64,000 nucleotides of DNA from Chiloscyllium plagiosum (Eukaryota), in the NCBI RefSeq assembly GCF_004010195.1, contig NC_057718.1:10594474-10658473 (forward strand), written 5' to 3'. The position numbers were made by a program, and so were the translations under genes. The notes under the pieces were generated by a model. The model saw only the letters and a program-made list of their open reading frames with translations. It was not told the origin of the DNA and searched no databases. Below are positions 23,560 through 36,731 of this stretch, piece by piece (position 1 is the first letter of the stretch; the number at the start of each line of letters is the position of its first letter).

Positions 23560-26071
23560 TCTGTTGTAGCAATAGCCTTACTTAAAATCTGACTTATTTA
23601 GACAGAATTCTTTGTGTTCCAAAATTGTTGAATAAATATTAATTGAATCATCCCCTTTTGTGATGCTGCCTAACGTCAATAGATGACCTCCTGTCAATAT
23701 AACAGATTACTATTTATAAATGTTTTTTTTTAAAAACGTTGTTGTGCTATTCCATGAATATTAACAAAAAAACACCATGTTACCCTTTTGGTAACAGAAC
23801 TTCCAACTCTTTCCCAGAAATTCTTGCTAGTTTATAAAGTACAGATCTACGTAATAACAGGTTAGGGTTTCATGTATTGCCGAAATGTAATTTGGAATCC
23901 ATTCAGAACATTGTTTACATTTGACTTTTTTTTGGTAAAGTTCATTTAAAATTAAAACACATTGATTCAGTTTCCTTTGTTTTGGCATCATTTGATCATC
24001 TGCTAGTACCGGGTGACACACACTATGGCTTCTGTTAACTAGATGATAGCTCTTTGGCTGAAAGCTACCAAGGATTTGATCATTTTTCTGAATCAATTCT
24101 CTGGTTGTTTTTAACAGCCTCTCACTCAGTACAGGAAAGATCAGAAGTTTAAAGGAGTAACAAATCCTCTGTTGCTCGAGTTCTGATTCAGTGAGTTGGT
24201 AATCCTGTCTACAGAAACAATGAATGACTTTGGTTTCTGATAGTCTTGTTGCAAAATACCACTTTGAAGATCTCTGTTAAAAGTTGAAGTCCTTTTATTC
24301 AAGAGCTGTTAAAAGCCTATTTGTTGAATTTTTGTGTGGTATGCAGAATTTCATAATTGACTGGCTTCCATGGAAAGAACTATTCCAACTTTCATAGAGA
24401 TTATAGCCAAATATTCCTCTTGTTCCTAGGGTGAGGCAATTTTTCAATGCTGTAAGCCAGCATATTTTTATACGGTGATGCAACTTAGGTCTGTAGTTAA
24501 TTATAGTTGGCAGTTTGACAGGGTATTATTATTCGGTTGCAAGTAATCTACGGTTTTATTGTGTGAAAGATACTACTCTAGAATTCCATCTTGGTGTAGC
24601 TTTTAAATGATATGCCCAGTTTTGAGTCCACGTTTGAGAGTTTGGACCTCTGACCTGGAGAATAAATTTTGATTAAATTGATCATGTAAAGTTGTCCATT
24701 GCAAGTTGTTGAGGTTCAGGAGTAGCAACCTTAGTGTTTAAAGGCTTCTTTAATATCTTGGACCAAAGATAGACTAACATTCAATTTTTAAGGGAAGTTA
24801 TCACAGATTAACAGTTCTCAGTAAAGAACATCAATAAGTATTAAGTTCCAGTGTTTCTACATTGCATTTCAAGGTAGCACATTCCTATTCCTCCTGTTGA
24901 AAAATACTGCTCAGCAAAATCCCCATGGGTTCTTCAGTTAGCATTTCATGGGCAATTAGGGACGGGCTATAAACGCTGACCTAGCTAGCGACATCCACAT
25001 CCCATTATCAAATTTGAAAAAATTATTTTGCATTTTTGGAAAGACTAGCAAATTGGACTTAATTGGTGGCTTTCTCGATTGTTCTTCATTCCTGATGCTA
25101 ACTCGTAAGTGTTTGTTTCATTACTTGTGGTCAATCTATATTAAGAGCAATGTAGGGTTTCCATTCATGAGTGAGGACAATCTGAAGGGTGTATCATGCA
25201 GCAATTCCAAATAGTCAGAGGGAGGGGATTCTTGTGTGCAAGATTTGCCTGTCTTGAAAATGTTGGTATCCGTATATTTCTCTCTCAAATGTCCTTGCAG
25301 TCTCAAAAGAGACATTCAAAGCATAGGTGAGAAGGGAGATGTAGCAGGGACTTGTTCTCGTGTGTAAAGTGCCTATTTGATTTTTAGCATGCGAGAGTTC
25401 AGTGAAATTTTTGAACTGTACGTTCACTTCCAATCTGAAAAATGACCATTTTGAAGTCGGGAGATTTTTCTATTCTTAGAAAACTATCAATCTCTAATGA
25501 ATTTGCATAACTCAAAAAATTATCCATTATTGTCCACCACCCTGTCTTGTCTTCATTCTGTTTAAAATTAACAAATGAAGGCCATCTTCATGGTAGACTA
25601 AAAGAAACTGTAGAAAATCTCCATTTGACCAGATTATTATGGTAAGTGATTTCCTCTTAAGATGAGGGCTGAATTGCTATACAGTATGTAAACTTTTGTT
25701 CAGCTCACATTAGTGAAATTATAAGTTAACCAAAAGTGAGTTAAACAAGAGTATTGCACCAATATATTTCATGTATTCACAAAACTCCTTTATCCCCCAT
25801 CCTTCTTTTGGTTTATTTTCCTTTTACTCGCCTCCTTCATGTCTTCTACCCTCTTCTGTCTTCCATAGCCCATCCCAACCCCCCACCCCATGACCTTCTC
25901 ATCACACCCCACTGCCACCATTTTTTCCATCTAGCTACAGTATAGGCAGTGTCTTGTTTTGAAGCTTTTGGTGGTTCTAACCCAGCTGTTGTATTTGCGA
26001 ATGCTCGCTGTTCCATCACTCATCAATTTCTTGTTTTATTTCCCCGCTTACGGCCGCTCTGTTGCGAACAG

Positions 26072-26095
26072 TCTTTCATAGGATATTTGCTAATG
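26072..26095 (+). CDS. NRBP1: NRBP1 24-nt microexon (V-FHRIFAN), probably alternative
   Basis: gttgcgaacag|TCTTTCATAGGATATTTGCTAATG|gtgaga; symmetric phase 1 gives IKIGS-VFHRIFAN-VAPDT, resembling NRBP2 VWHRIFSN at the same position. Confidence 0.88.
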
Positions 26096-26211
26096 GTGAG
26101 ATACTTCTCGGCTCCTGTGATGTGACTGTGTATTGTTATGTTTGTCTTTTAGCTTTTAAAATGTGTTAGTGTAAGCAATTTATGTTGGGAATGCTTAGCA
26201 GTCTTAGCTCT

Positions 26212-26225
26212 TGCATGAGTGCATG
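26212..26225 (+). promoter_or_regulatory. Tandem RBFOX-type motifs (TGCATG x2) downstream of the microexon
   Basis: tTGCATGagTGCATG, about 117 nt after the donor at 26096. Confidence 0.6.
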
Positions 26226-27127
26226 TGTTCACTTTACGAAAGCAATGTTGGCTTTATATGGAGTTTGTAACCCTTGTATTGTAAAATGACATGAGTTCCA
26301 TAAAATGACACCTGACTAAGCTTTGTCCTCTTCATGTGGATGTGCCAGCAGAGTCTGGCAAGTGACTGTTCTTTGTTAAGAGTTAACGTTCTCGAGCAAA
26401 ATGTGTTCTGAATGAAAATTGTCTTTTGCCCACTTGTTCATGCACAGAACAGAAAATCACCATGGACTTGTAGTTTTTCGATTTGGAGCAAACACTGTGT
26501 GTGTATGTGTATGTGCGTGTGTGGTGGGACAGCGGCGCAGCATCCAATTAGCTTTGTGAACTCTGAAGCAGTAATACCCAATGTAGAGTTCTGACGATAT
26601 TAAAACAACCTTACTCCCAAATCTGAAAAGATTCTTTGCCCTTTTCATCCTCATTGAGGGCTTGTGGTTTTCAAATCTCAAAATTGGAATCCCAGTTGAA
26701 AATAGTTTGCAAACCACTGACCATTTCAGGTTCCAGAAAGACCAAATCTTTGCAATTACTAAAATATAAAGTTTCAAAATATGTTTGTATTGATTTTAGT
26801 CAGTACATCATTTGTACCACAGCTTCCAGCAGGCAGAGCGGAAGGCTCTTCCGAGAGGTAAACATTTACCATGATCCAAATATTCAGAGGATCTTTTTCA
26901 GTTGCCATTCTTCAAGACAACGTGACCATTTATTCTTTTTGGAAAAAATACTTGCTGAGAAGTACATTAATTGAAGCAGACAAATTGCTGTGATTGGCAA
27001 GCTCTGAGATTGCAATCCTGTTGGTACAGAGAGAGAGAGAGTACTTTTATTTTTGTCCAGCAATTGCCCAACCAGCTCATTGAGACTTTTTTTTAGTTAA
27101 CTTACACTTTGATACACTCTCTTGGCT

Positions 27128-27550
27128 TGGCTTAGTGATAGCTCACAAACCTCTTGAATTCTGAAGGTTGTGGGTTCAACCCTAATTCTAAGGCTGTGGT
27201 CACATAGCCTAGGTTGGTGTTTCACTGTAGAGAAATTGCACAATTAATATTGTACCTGGCTGTTGGTGTAGCAGGATGTGTAATCTCATGATAACCTCTT
27301 TAAGGACAAAACACCACTTCACCAGTGAAGTGACCAATATCTATCCCTCAGTCATCTGGTTATTGATGTAATTTCTATCTGTGGGACCTTGTTTTGTATA
27401 ATGTTTGCATAAACACAAAGCAGTTGATTTCAAAACTAGCTCATAGAACAGTACAATATAGGAACAGAGCTTTCAGCCTTCATGAACTGTGAATCACACT
27501 GTAATGTCCCAAGAATGTGAACAGTGGTATATAAATGCAAGTTCACTTCT
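27128..27550 (+). mobile_element. Degraded tRNA-derived (Deu-like) SINE
   Basis: B-box-like gggttcaaccc; tail gtggtatataaatgcaagttc; similar to the minus copy at 43.9-44.7 kb. Confidence 0.5.
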
Positions 27551-30500
27551 TTAAAGAATTAGTGTTTCAAAAGTAAACTTTTGATTGCTAATTCAAGACA
27601 TTCCAGTCTTGTTAAGGGCAAGTGTTAGTTTAAACCAACAGTTCTTGGATATATTTGCTGTTCTCTTTTTTTTTTGGTGCCAGTTACTGGTCTTGAATTG
27701 GATGATAGTTTGACAAGAAAAGTGTTTGCAAGTTTCTGTGAAAATTAATTATCATCCACTCCACACACTGGCTCATTCTGCTAATACAGTGCTAATTCCT
27801 TCGGGTTGAAATCAAGAAGTCATCCCTTCTCTGGTTCAAAGTTCATGGGGAAAATCATTCTACTGACTTCCTTCAACAGAAGCATCGCATGAGATTACCA
27901 TATTCGTGCTTCCATGTCACTTTAAAGTGTCTTTTGCAGTTAGTTAACGTGGCAGAGCCTAACATGTTGGATGCTTTTCACAGATGGCAGATATATTTCT
28001 GTACACAATAGAGATACCTTTTTTCTTAATTCTGAACAATATTGCCAGCTTCTGCAATATCATGCAATGGCTTTGTCATAAACTTGTGCTTTATGACCCT
28101 TATGGAAACAAAATGTTGGCTGGGTTCGAAACTGTTCGAGAAGTTCAAGAATAACGTACAAGTCAGTAATAGTATTTAATCCCTTTGACAGTCCACTTTT
28201 GTATAAATTGCTGCTAAAGGTTTTGTAAAATGGGTGAAATTATGGATTTTAATGAATCCAGTGTATCAGTGAAATAGTTTGCCTGCTATTAAAATTGTAC
28301 AAAACAGAACTACAAACCTCCTAATTACTGTTAAAGTTTATACAGTGGAAAAATACATTTAATTGTGCAAGCAGTTAGTCAGTAGCTCTTTACTTCTGTT
28401 GGTTCTTACTCCAAAACAATCATTTCCACCTGTTCAGATTTTGGATTTACTCTGTTTATTTGATAACTTTGAATTCTCTTGAATCTCATTTTGATTTTGA
28501 GCAAATTGATCTTTAAATAAACTAGTTCTCAATTCCAAATTTCATCAATGCAGGCTTTAAACAGGCATTTGTGGAGAGAGCAAGAGGTCATGTTTCAGAT
28601 TAATAACCTTGCATCAGAAGTTACAAGTAAACTGCCTGCACACATGCTTCTTGATCTGAATATGCACCACATTTATTTACTATTTATTTTCTAATTTCTA
28701 GCAAAAAGAATGTTTCTTAAAATCTGCTTTCAGCCATTGCACTATGCATATTTTTGACGATAATTCTATAGTTGCTACTGATTAGAATTGTACATCTGAT
28801 TTCTGACCCTTACCATTCCAGATCCAGCTTTAAACAAAAATAAAATCCCAAAACTGCTTTACAGCAGATAGTGTTCTTGAAGTGCTTCCAAAGTCAGTTG
28901 AGATGAGAGTGAGAAATATGACAGTTTATAAATTATCTAAAACCATTGTGAGACAATGACAAGGCAGACTTAGTAAGCAGCTCTGCTTTCTGTGGTGATC
29001 AACATTAACCTTGCCATCTCAATCTATGAAATATTAATTTTATCACCATGTTTCTCTCCCCGCCCTCCCCCCATCAAACCCCAAATACATGATCAAGCCA
29101 TATATTTGGTTACGTTTCATCTTGTCTGCTGTCCTGTCAATATGCTGATCCTAAGGATATCCATTTTTCATGTTTCTATTCAAGAACAACATGGAAAAAC
29201 TTTTTCTTTAAGCTTCGGATTGCATATATTACGAATGATGGTGTTTAAAATGAGGAATGATGGGACAGTGTAGATGCAAATAAATTGTCGCTAGTAATTG
29301 AGGGATCTACAGCAGCAGCCATAAAGTAAAATTAAATACAAGAGCAGGAGAACCGAGCCAGAAGAACTTGAGATCAATGCATTGTTGTTTGAGACCGAAA
29401 TTGTTAATAAAAAAAGATTAGATGGGACAATGAAAGCAGTATCAGCATAGAGCAGGTAAATATATGACTAGGACTGTTTGTCTACAGTGAAGGTGAATAC
29501 TGACATAGAATAGTTGGGCTGAATGATTTGGTTTCCATGTTGTAGGTTCTGTATTTAAATGTCCTTTAGCTGTGAAGTGTCTACATCAGTATTTCCCTCC
29601 ACATATATTTTGTCACTGTAGATTTGTCGGTCTCTTGGTTATGCGTTATTGTAGTGCCCTTTCTTGAATTTATAAACAGGTATCAAAATGTGCTAAATTT
29701 TTATTGAAGCTTCTTCAGCTATGGGTCTCTAACTTTATAACGTACCTTACTACAGAACGTAGATCTTGTGATCATGAATGAGACTATACATTTGATAACA
29801 AGTATATATTGTGAGTTATAATATATTCTTGAAATTCTGAAATAGCAAATCTACTAATTTTGAGCCATCTTGGAACATTAGCAATATTAAAACATTCAGT
29901 AAGTAAAACGATTAGTAAAGCATCAGTGCTTTAGACCATTTTTAAGATTTTTTTTATCAGAATGAGAATTATTTTAGTTGTCGTCCCTTGAATGTCAGTA
30001 TTGAGCAAGTGCTTAATACAAGAAAACATTTTATCACGTTTGTGAGGAGATGCAAATCATTAATGTGCAATGTGATGTTCTCCAGATTTGAAGGATTCAT
30101 CCTTTTATCTATCACTCTGCTTTTCATCTCTTGTGTTGCTGACTTAAGCTTTTCCCCACACAATACATTTTGCTGTTCTGTCTGCTTCTGAACAAACAGT
30201 GTCTTTGTTGCTGGTGTTTGTAAAATTAGTATTTGAGCAAGAATTATCAGGTTCCTGAAACTAAATACGTTGTGTGTCGTTAATTCTTGGAATTTGTACA
30301 GCAGAAGAACATATACTCAGTCAGCTTCTGGTTTAAATTGTAAGCCGTGATATGATTTGATGACCGTTATCTCGGAAGTTGCACATAACAGTGCTGTAGT
30401 TTGCCTTGAGTTTCACTGATGTTTGGATTCTTGTTTTCCTTATTCACTCTTGGATGGGACATAGCATTTAATGAATTACTGACATGCCAAAACTGGGCCA

Positions 30501-30684
30501 ATGTCCATATTGACTAGTAGAGCTCCACAAGGCATTTTTAGATAAGTTGCAGTATTGATGTAAGAAAGGCTAGTAACAAATATGAACAGAAAACTTTTAA
30601 CTTGTATTGGTTGGATGTCAAAATCTCTTGCTCCAAAGGTATGCGTCTCCAATCGAATCTTATCGAACCGTCATAATTGGATTA

Positions 30685-31150
30685 AAATGAAATACTTCAG
30701 ATATTGGAGATCTGAAATAAAACCAAAATGCAAAAAAAAAACCCATCCAACAAGAACCTGAAGAGGAGTTATAATGGACTCAAACACTAACTCTGTTTCT
30801 TGCTCCACAGATGTTGCCAGATGTGTTGTATTTCTCCAGTATTTTGTTTTTATTTCTTCATAATTAGATTTTGTTTTAAAAAGTCATTCTCTAACTGTGT
30901 GTATATTGTTGGTACGGGTGTACATCACAAAAAGAAAAGCATTACATAAATAAAAACCAAAATTACTGGATAAGCTCAGTAGTTCTGGCAGCATCTATGG
31001 AGAGAAAGCAGAGTTAGCATTTTGGGTCCAGAGACCCTTCCTCAGAATCTGAAATAAAACACAAAAACACAAAATTCTGGAAATCCTCAACACATCTGAC
31101 TGCATGTGTGGAAAGAGAAGCATGGTGAATTTTGGGGTAAAGGCACTCTG
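30685..31150. mobile_element. Cluster of old PLE family D pLTR fragments
   Basis: ctccacagatgttgccaga; ggcagcatctatggagagaaagcagagttagcattttgggtccagagacccttcctcagaa (HHR on the minus strand). Confidence 0.6.
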
Positions 31151-32171
31151 AGCTTGTGTCTTACAGGTGTTCGGCTCTGGGCAATTAGAAAATAAGCCAG
31201 TTTTTGTGGACTATTGAGCTTCTGACCTGCTATGGTAGACATGGTCTAACTTATGTGGTGGTCTGGTTAAATTTGTGGTCTACCTCCTTTTGCTTGAGTT
31301 ATAGAAATCAAATAGTGTTTCTCCAAGCATAGGTATCCCAACTTTGGAATAATTTAAAACCAAGTCACCAGATTTAAATTGGTCCGATTCTTTCCTGGGA
31401 TCAACCTATTTAACATGCTAGAGTGTTATAATTAAATTCTTGAGTTTTGAAGTGATAACTTATAAAATAGTGTAAACATTTGTGCAGGTTGGTGTTCAAT
31501 TTAAGTTCTATTCATCTTTTGTCCTCAGATTCTTGTAGAACCAAGTACCAGTCTGAACTTTCTGATCTGTGTATTTAACCAAACTAACAATTGTATAAAT
31601 AAAAGCACAATTTTTAAAATTGTTCATGAAGATAAAAACCACATACATTCGTATCTCACCACTTTAAATTTCTAACTTATGAGTTTGCTGACTTATCAGA
31701 TGTGACTTCTTCATAACACGTAAATTTATGTGAAATTTTCATTTTTGTTCCCATTTAAAATTGACTAACTGAACTTGTATAAAAGTTTATTGTCACCAAA
31801 ATGGAGTTTTGAAACTAGTTGCAGATATCAGCGACTTGCCCAGTGTTGGCAATTGAACTTTTCCATTTGCTGAAATATTAGGTTTGAAGCACAAAGTTGG
31901 TAATAAATCATTAATTTCTAACTAGTTAAGTGAAAACTTTGCTTAGATAAGATATTAAGTAGCCTCTAAAAATAGGAATGGCAGTTTCATGGAAATGATG
32001 AAGACAGCTGCCTCTACTTGATATTAGAATAAGTCATGATTTTATTTGGTAGGGATGGTTCTCCACAGTAACAATACTGCATTGTGGAAACAAATCTCCT
32101 TTTCAGACCTGCCAAGAAAAACATTGCTATCTGGCACAGAAGTGAAAAACACAGAATTGTCCAATATAATA

Positions 32172-32365
32172 AAACGAAGAACTGCAGATCCGAGAGATCT
32201 CTCTGGCATCTGTGGGGGTGGTGGGAAGCAGATTTGATGTTTTGAGTCCAGTGACTTCTTCAGAAAGTCACCAGACTCAAAACGTTAACTCTGCTTTGTT
32301 CCCACAGATGCTGCCAGACTTGCTGAGTTTCTACAGCCTTTTGTTGTGTGTTTTTGTTACAGAAT
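32172..32365. mobile_element. Fold-back PLE family D element
   Basis: gttttgagtccagtgactt versus aagtcaccagactcaaaac; ctggcatctgtggg versus cccacagatgctgccag. Confidence 0.7.
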
Positions 32366-32396
32366 AGTTCTAGTTCAAGTTCAAGTCCAAGTCCAA

Positions 32397-32715
32397 GTGG
32401 CGGCACGGTGGTTAGCACTGCTGCCTCACAGCGCCAGAGACCCAGATTCAATTCCCGGCTCAGACAACTGTCTGTGTGGAGTTTGCACATTCTCCCTGTG
32501 TCTGCGTGGGTTTCCTCTGGGTGCTCCGGTTTCCTCCCACAGTCCAAAAATGTGCAGGTTAGGTGAATTGGCCATGCTAAATTGCCCAAAGTGTTAGGTG
32601 AAGGGGTAATTGTAGGGGAATGGGTCTGGGTGGGTTACACTTCGGAGGGTTGGTGTGGACTTGTTGGACCGAAGGGCCTGTTTCCACACTGTTAGTAATC
32701 TAATCTAATCTAATC
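32397..32715 (+). mobile_element. V/HE1-type tRNA-derived SINE, near full length
   Basis: ggcggcacggtggttagcactgctgcctcacagcgcc head, V core and (taatc)n tail. Confidence 0.9.
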
Positions 32716-33369
32716 ATTGCAGTCAACAGCCTGTTTTAGGTAAAGTACACATTCTGTTTTTCCTGAGTATACTTTCTTCCAAAGTTAGTGATCTTAAATT
32801 GCCAACTTAATTTGTTTGACAGCTGATAAAGAAGGATTGCTTTTTAAAAGCAAAAGATATGACTGACCAAATAGTTGCGGATCTAAATAGTTAACATGAA
32901 GAACTTTACGTCAGGAGGCCGTCATTCTATTGCTGCTTCACTACATTGAGTTCCAAGCAAAAGTATCGGCCAAATTTTTAGATTCACTGCAAATGATATT
33001 TTACAAATTTGAATGGTTTGCTTAACCCTTCATCAGGTTTTCAGTGATTTACTGACTTGATGGTGGAATATTTGGTGGTGTTATTCCAGAAACTGAGTGT
33101 GTCCCAGGTTGATCTCTGCTCTTTGCCAAATATGCTGAAGATAGCTTGGATCTTGATTTAGGCACTAAATTGACTTAGGCTGAAATGAGTCATGGCTTTG
33201 ATTCTAGATTGGTGTTCATACACATGACTGGACCTTGTTTAAGGACAGGGCCTAGTTTACCTCTGGTGTGCTCCCTTTCATCAAATAAAATGCAACATGC
33301 TTTCACAGTTCACCTAACCGTATAATGCTTATTCCTTCAAAAGATTTGAGCATCACAGCCAAAACCAAA

Positions 33370-35090
33370 ATTTATTGCTTACCCCTCACTTTTCCAGAGA
33401 TGGTGGTGATGTACCACCTTCTTGAAAGTGCTAATATCTGTGTGATTAAAAGAGGAATTCCTGTATTTTGATCAAGTTGCAAAGAATGGGTGGAGATTAT
33501 AATTCCAAATCAGGAGTTTGTTTAACTTTTTGTTAAACATTCCTTTCTGCTGCTACCCTCCCTTTTTAATAGGGTAGAGTCAGGGGTTTAAAAATTACTA
33601 TGTAAGAGACTTTGTGAATTTCTGCACAAATGATGTGCTGATGGTGGATGAGATAGCAATCAAGCTTGGTGATTTGAGTTGCATGTGCAGTTGGAGCTGT
33701 TTATATCTCGGGAAGTGGAGAGCATTCTACCTTGCTCCCGTCTGGTATCTGTACATGATGAGAAAGAACTTGAAAAATTTGTGTCCTGCTCTTCATGCTG
33801 TTATTCTATGTTGCTGGTCCTGTTAAGTATCTGGTAAATGGCATCCTCCAGGATGCTGAAGATGGTGGATTTGACCATAAGACATGGGAGCAGAAGTAGT
33901 CCATTCAGCCCATTGAGTCTGCTTTGTTATTCAGTTAGATGATGGCTGATCTGATCATCTTAAGTCTACTTTCCTGCTGCTAGTAATACCATTGCATATG
34001 AAGTAGAGGCAATGTTCTATTCAATGGTGATTGCCTGGAACTTATATGGCACGAGTTAGTGCTCTCTTTCAACCCAGTCTGATTGATGTACAGCCCATGT
34101 GCATTTGGGCATAAACGTTCATTTCCTGGAGCACTAGGAATGGAATTGAACATTGTACTGCATTACTCCAATTTCTTCATTTGTGGAGCAGCTGCAAATG
34201 GTTAGGCTTAACTATAATCCAAAGGAACTCCTACAGCAATACCCTCATGCCATTAGATTAGATTAGATTACTTAGTGTGGAAACAGGCCCTTCGGCCCAA
34301 CAAGCCCACGCCGAAGCGCACCCACCCAGACCCATTCCCCTACATTTACCCCTGCACCTAACACTACAGGCAATTTTATAATTGCTTTCGAGCAACTAGT
34401 GTCTTTTTTTACTAGGCATAACTGCAGCCAATAGAGAGCTTTCCCTCATTGCTATTGCCTTCAAACTTACTAATGTTCCTTTGTGCTGTGTATGGTCAAA
34501 TATTGCCCAGTTGTTACCCTGGAGGGTGGTCATTTGCCCCTTACCTTTGGAATTGAGTGCTCTGTTTCCTGTTTGGACCACGGGTCTAATGAGGTTTGGA
34601 GAGAACTGACCTGTTAGGGCTGAAACATATTTTTGAGGGACAAGTCATTTGAGAAAAAGAGCTGTTTGATAATGTCAATCATCTCTTCTGTCAATTTGGG
34701 GTGCTAATTAGCTGGATAATACTTATCCTGATTTCCTGGTCGCAGCATACCTTTTGAGCATTTTCAGTGCAGATGCCAGTGCAGCAGCTGTATTGAACAG
34801 CTTGGTTAGAATTTCAGAGAATAGTCTTCAGTATTGCAGCAGGATGTTGAGGTCCAAAACCTGAGTTACGTGCAACATGCTGAGCCATTTCTATATCACA
34901 TAAAGTAAATTTAACTGTCTGAAAATTTGGAATCTATGTAGATTGCTGAGCTGGATCATCGACTTGGCTGTTTAGGCTGAAGGTAGTTGCAAATACTGAA
35001 GTCTTGTCTTTTGCAGTTCTTCTGTACATTCATTGAGGAAGATGATGTTTATGAAGCTTTCCTCATCTGTTAAGAGGTGATTGGCAGGAA
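33370..35090 (-). mobile_element. Highly degraded LINE with an inserted SINE 3' fragment (34253-34375, minus)
   Basis: tttattgcttacccct tail; (gatta)n SINE tail followed by ggaaacaggcccttcggcccaac. Confidence 0.5.
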
Positions 35091-35369
35091 ATTCATGATT
35101 AAAATAACAGGGCAGTTCCTTCTGATTAAAATCAATATATATTTTTGTTCTTTTCAAAAATATTTCATTGCGATACTGGTGTGACCAACATTAATTCAGG
35201 TAAGAAATCAATGCATTCAGTGGGGATAAGAGGAACAAATTGCTTTACATAGTTTGAATCCAGTGATCTCTTTCCCCTGTGCTTCCATTCCTTTGTTAGA
35301 AGAATTATATAGCAACAATATTATATATAATCTACCTACTGTAATTTCCAAACATTTTATCTTTCACAG

Positions 35370-35453
35370 TTGCACCTGATACAATTAACAACCATGTGAA
35401 AACCTGTAGAGAGGAACAAAAGAACCTGCACTTTTTTGCCCCAGAATATGGAG
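35370..35453 (+). CDS. NRBP1: NRBP1 exon (VAPDTINNHVKTCREEQKNLHFFAPEYG), 84 nt
   Basis: ctttcacag|TTGCA...GGAG|gtaaac; contains the APE motif; the VAPDTINNHVKT sequence distinguishes it from NRBP2. Confidence 0.97.
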
Positions 35454-36731
35454 GTAAACACCAATTTCATTCTAAGTGAGCTCAGTCGTAATAATGTGGA
35501 TGAAATAGTAACGTTGAACATTTGTTAAATGATACAAGTTATTTCATTGTCCAATACCAGCTCCTGATCACCATTTGATTGACTTTGTTTCCATTGGAAG
35601 AAAATTTCTGCAAAAGATGGATTGAGCAAATGTTGCGTGTGGCTGAACATGGGTTATTGCTTTTTTTTGTATGTCATAGGAATGTAAGCTCATTTAATAC
35701 CTAAATGATAAGTGCTAGTATCGAGATGAGCTGTGAGCTTCTATATATGTCCCATTTATGGCTTTTACTTGTGATCCACTTGAAGTGCTTATACTGGAGT
35801 TACGTCAATTTACTTGTGGGATATAAATAGAATGAATGCCAAGTCTCCTCATTGCGGATCTGTTTCCCTTTTCCTCCCCCTTTTCTTTAAACACACAAAC
35901 CTGTTGTCAGCAGTTATATTTGGGAGCATTTACTGACAAATAATTAATTGATTTGATTTGGTTTTGTGCAGTTCCATTAAGTAATGACATGGGACTGTTA
36001 TTGGTGAAATATTTTTTCCAATAAGTTAATTTTATGCTCTTATTTTAAAATGACATATGATGCATTTGTCTACTTTTCCTGTTCTACTAACTGGGATTTT
36101 TGTTTTTTTTTTTGCAACACATCTGACCCAAGTTGGAAATTAGATCTGTTTTAAGTGTATTGCATGGAAAAAACTTACGTGGGTTGAATGTTGTTCCAAG
36201 TTCATTCTGAGAAAGACATCTGTTCCTCCTGAACTCAGACAGCCAGCTCTACATGAGTCAGTCTTGTTCAGAGTTGTATAATTACTTGAGTACTGATGAA
36301 TGTAAGAATTGATGGGGTGAAAGTACTGTAAAGGCTTTGTCCCATACATAAGATTTTAATGACATGCTTATGGTCGTTTAGCAGCCGATACTGCTGTTTC
36401 CAACTGGGTGTTGGACAAAAGCACCCCTAATGTGAAACACTGGAACTGCTGCTGTGCAGGTGGCACAGTTTCCAGTTAAAAGAGCTCATACACTAGATAT
36501 AAAAATGAACATTTGTTGGGACCATGTCGAGATATTTGTAAGAGTGTGTGCAATTATTATTTTGTATTGCATATCATTGCTTTGTACAGATGGTTATAAC
36601 AGGACCTCATTTTTGACTCCAGTTGTAATTCAGTAGCCTTCAGTTGCCTGTTTGGTAAACTTCCTAAAGCTATCAACAGCATTTAAGAGTCTGAATTACA
36701 CTTGGTTTAGCTGGACTGTATGAATTTTTGG

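Noticed and set aside
30350..30425. Possible C/D box snoRNA (TGATGA ... CTGA)
   Set aside because: The C box is imperfect, there is no terminal stem and I recognise no guide sequence.
32366..32397. (CAAGTY)n hexamer run giving a poly-Ser ORF
   Set aside because: It is a simple repeat between two mobile elements with no splice context.
32397..32470. tRNA gene calls at SINE heads
   Set aside because: The heads continue into SINE bodies and tails and do not form a complete cloverleaf.
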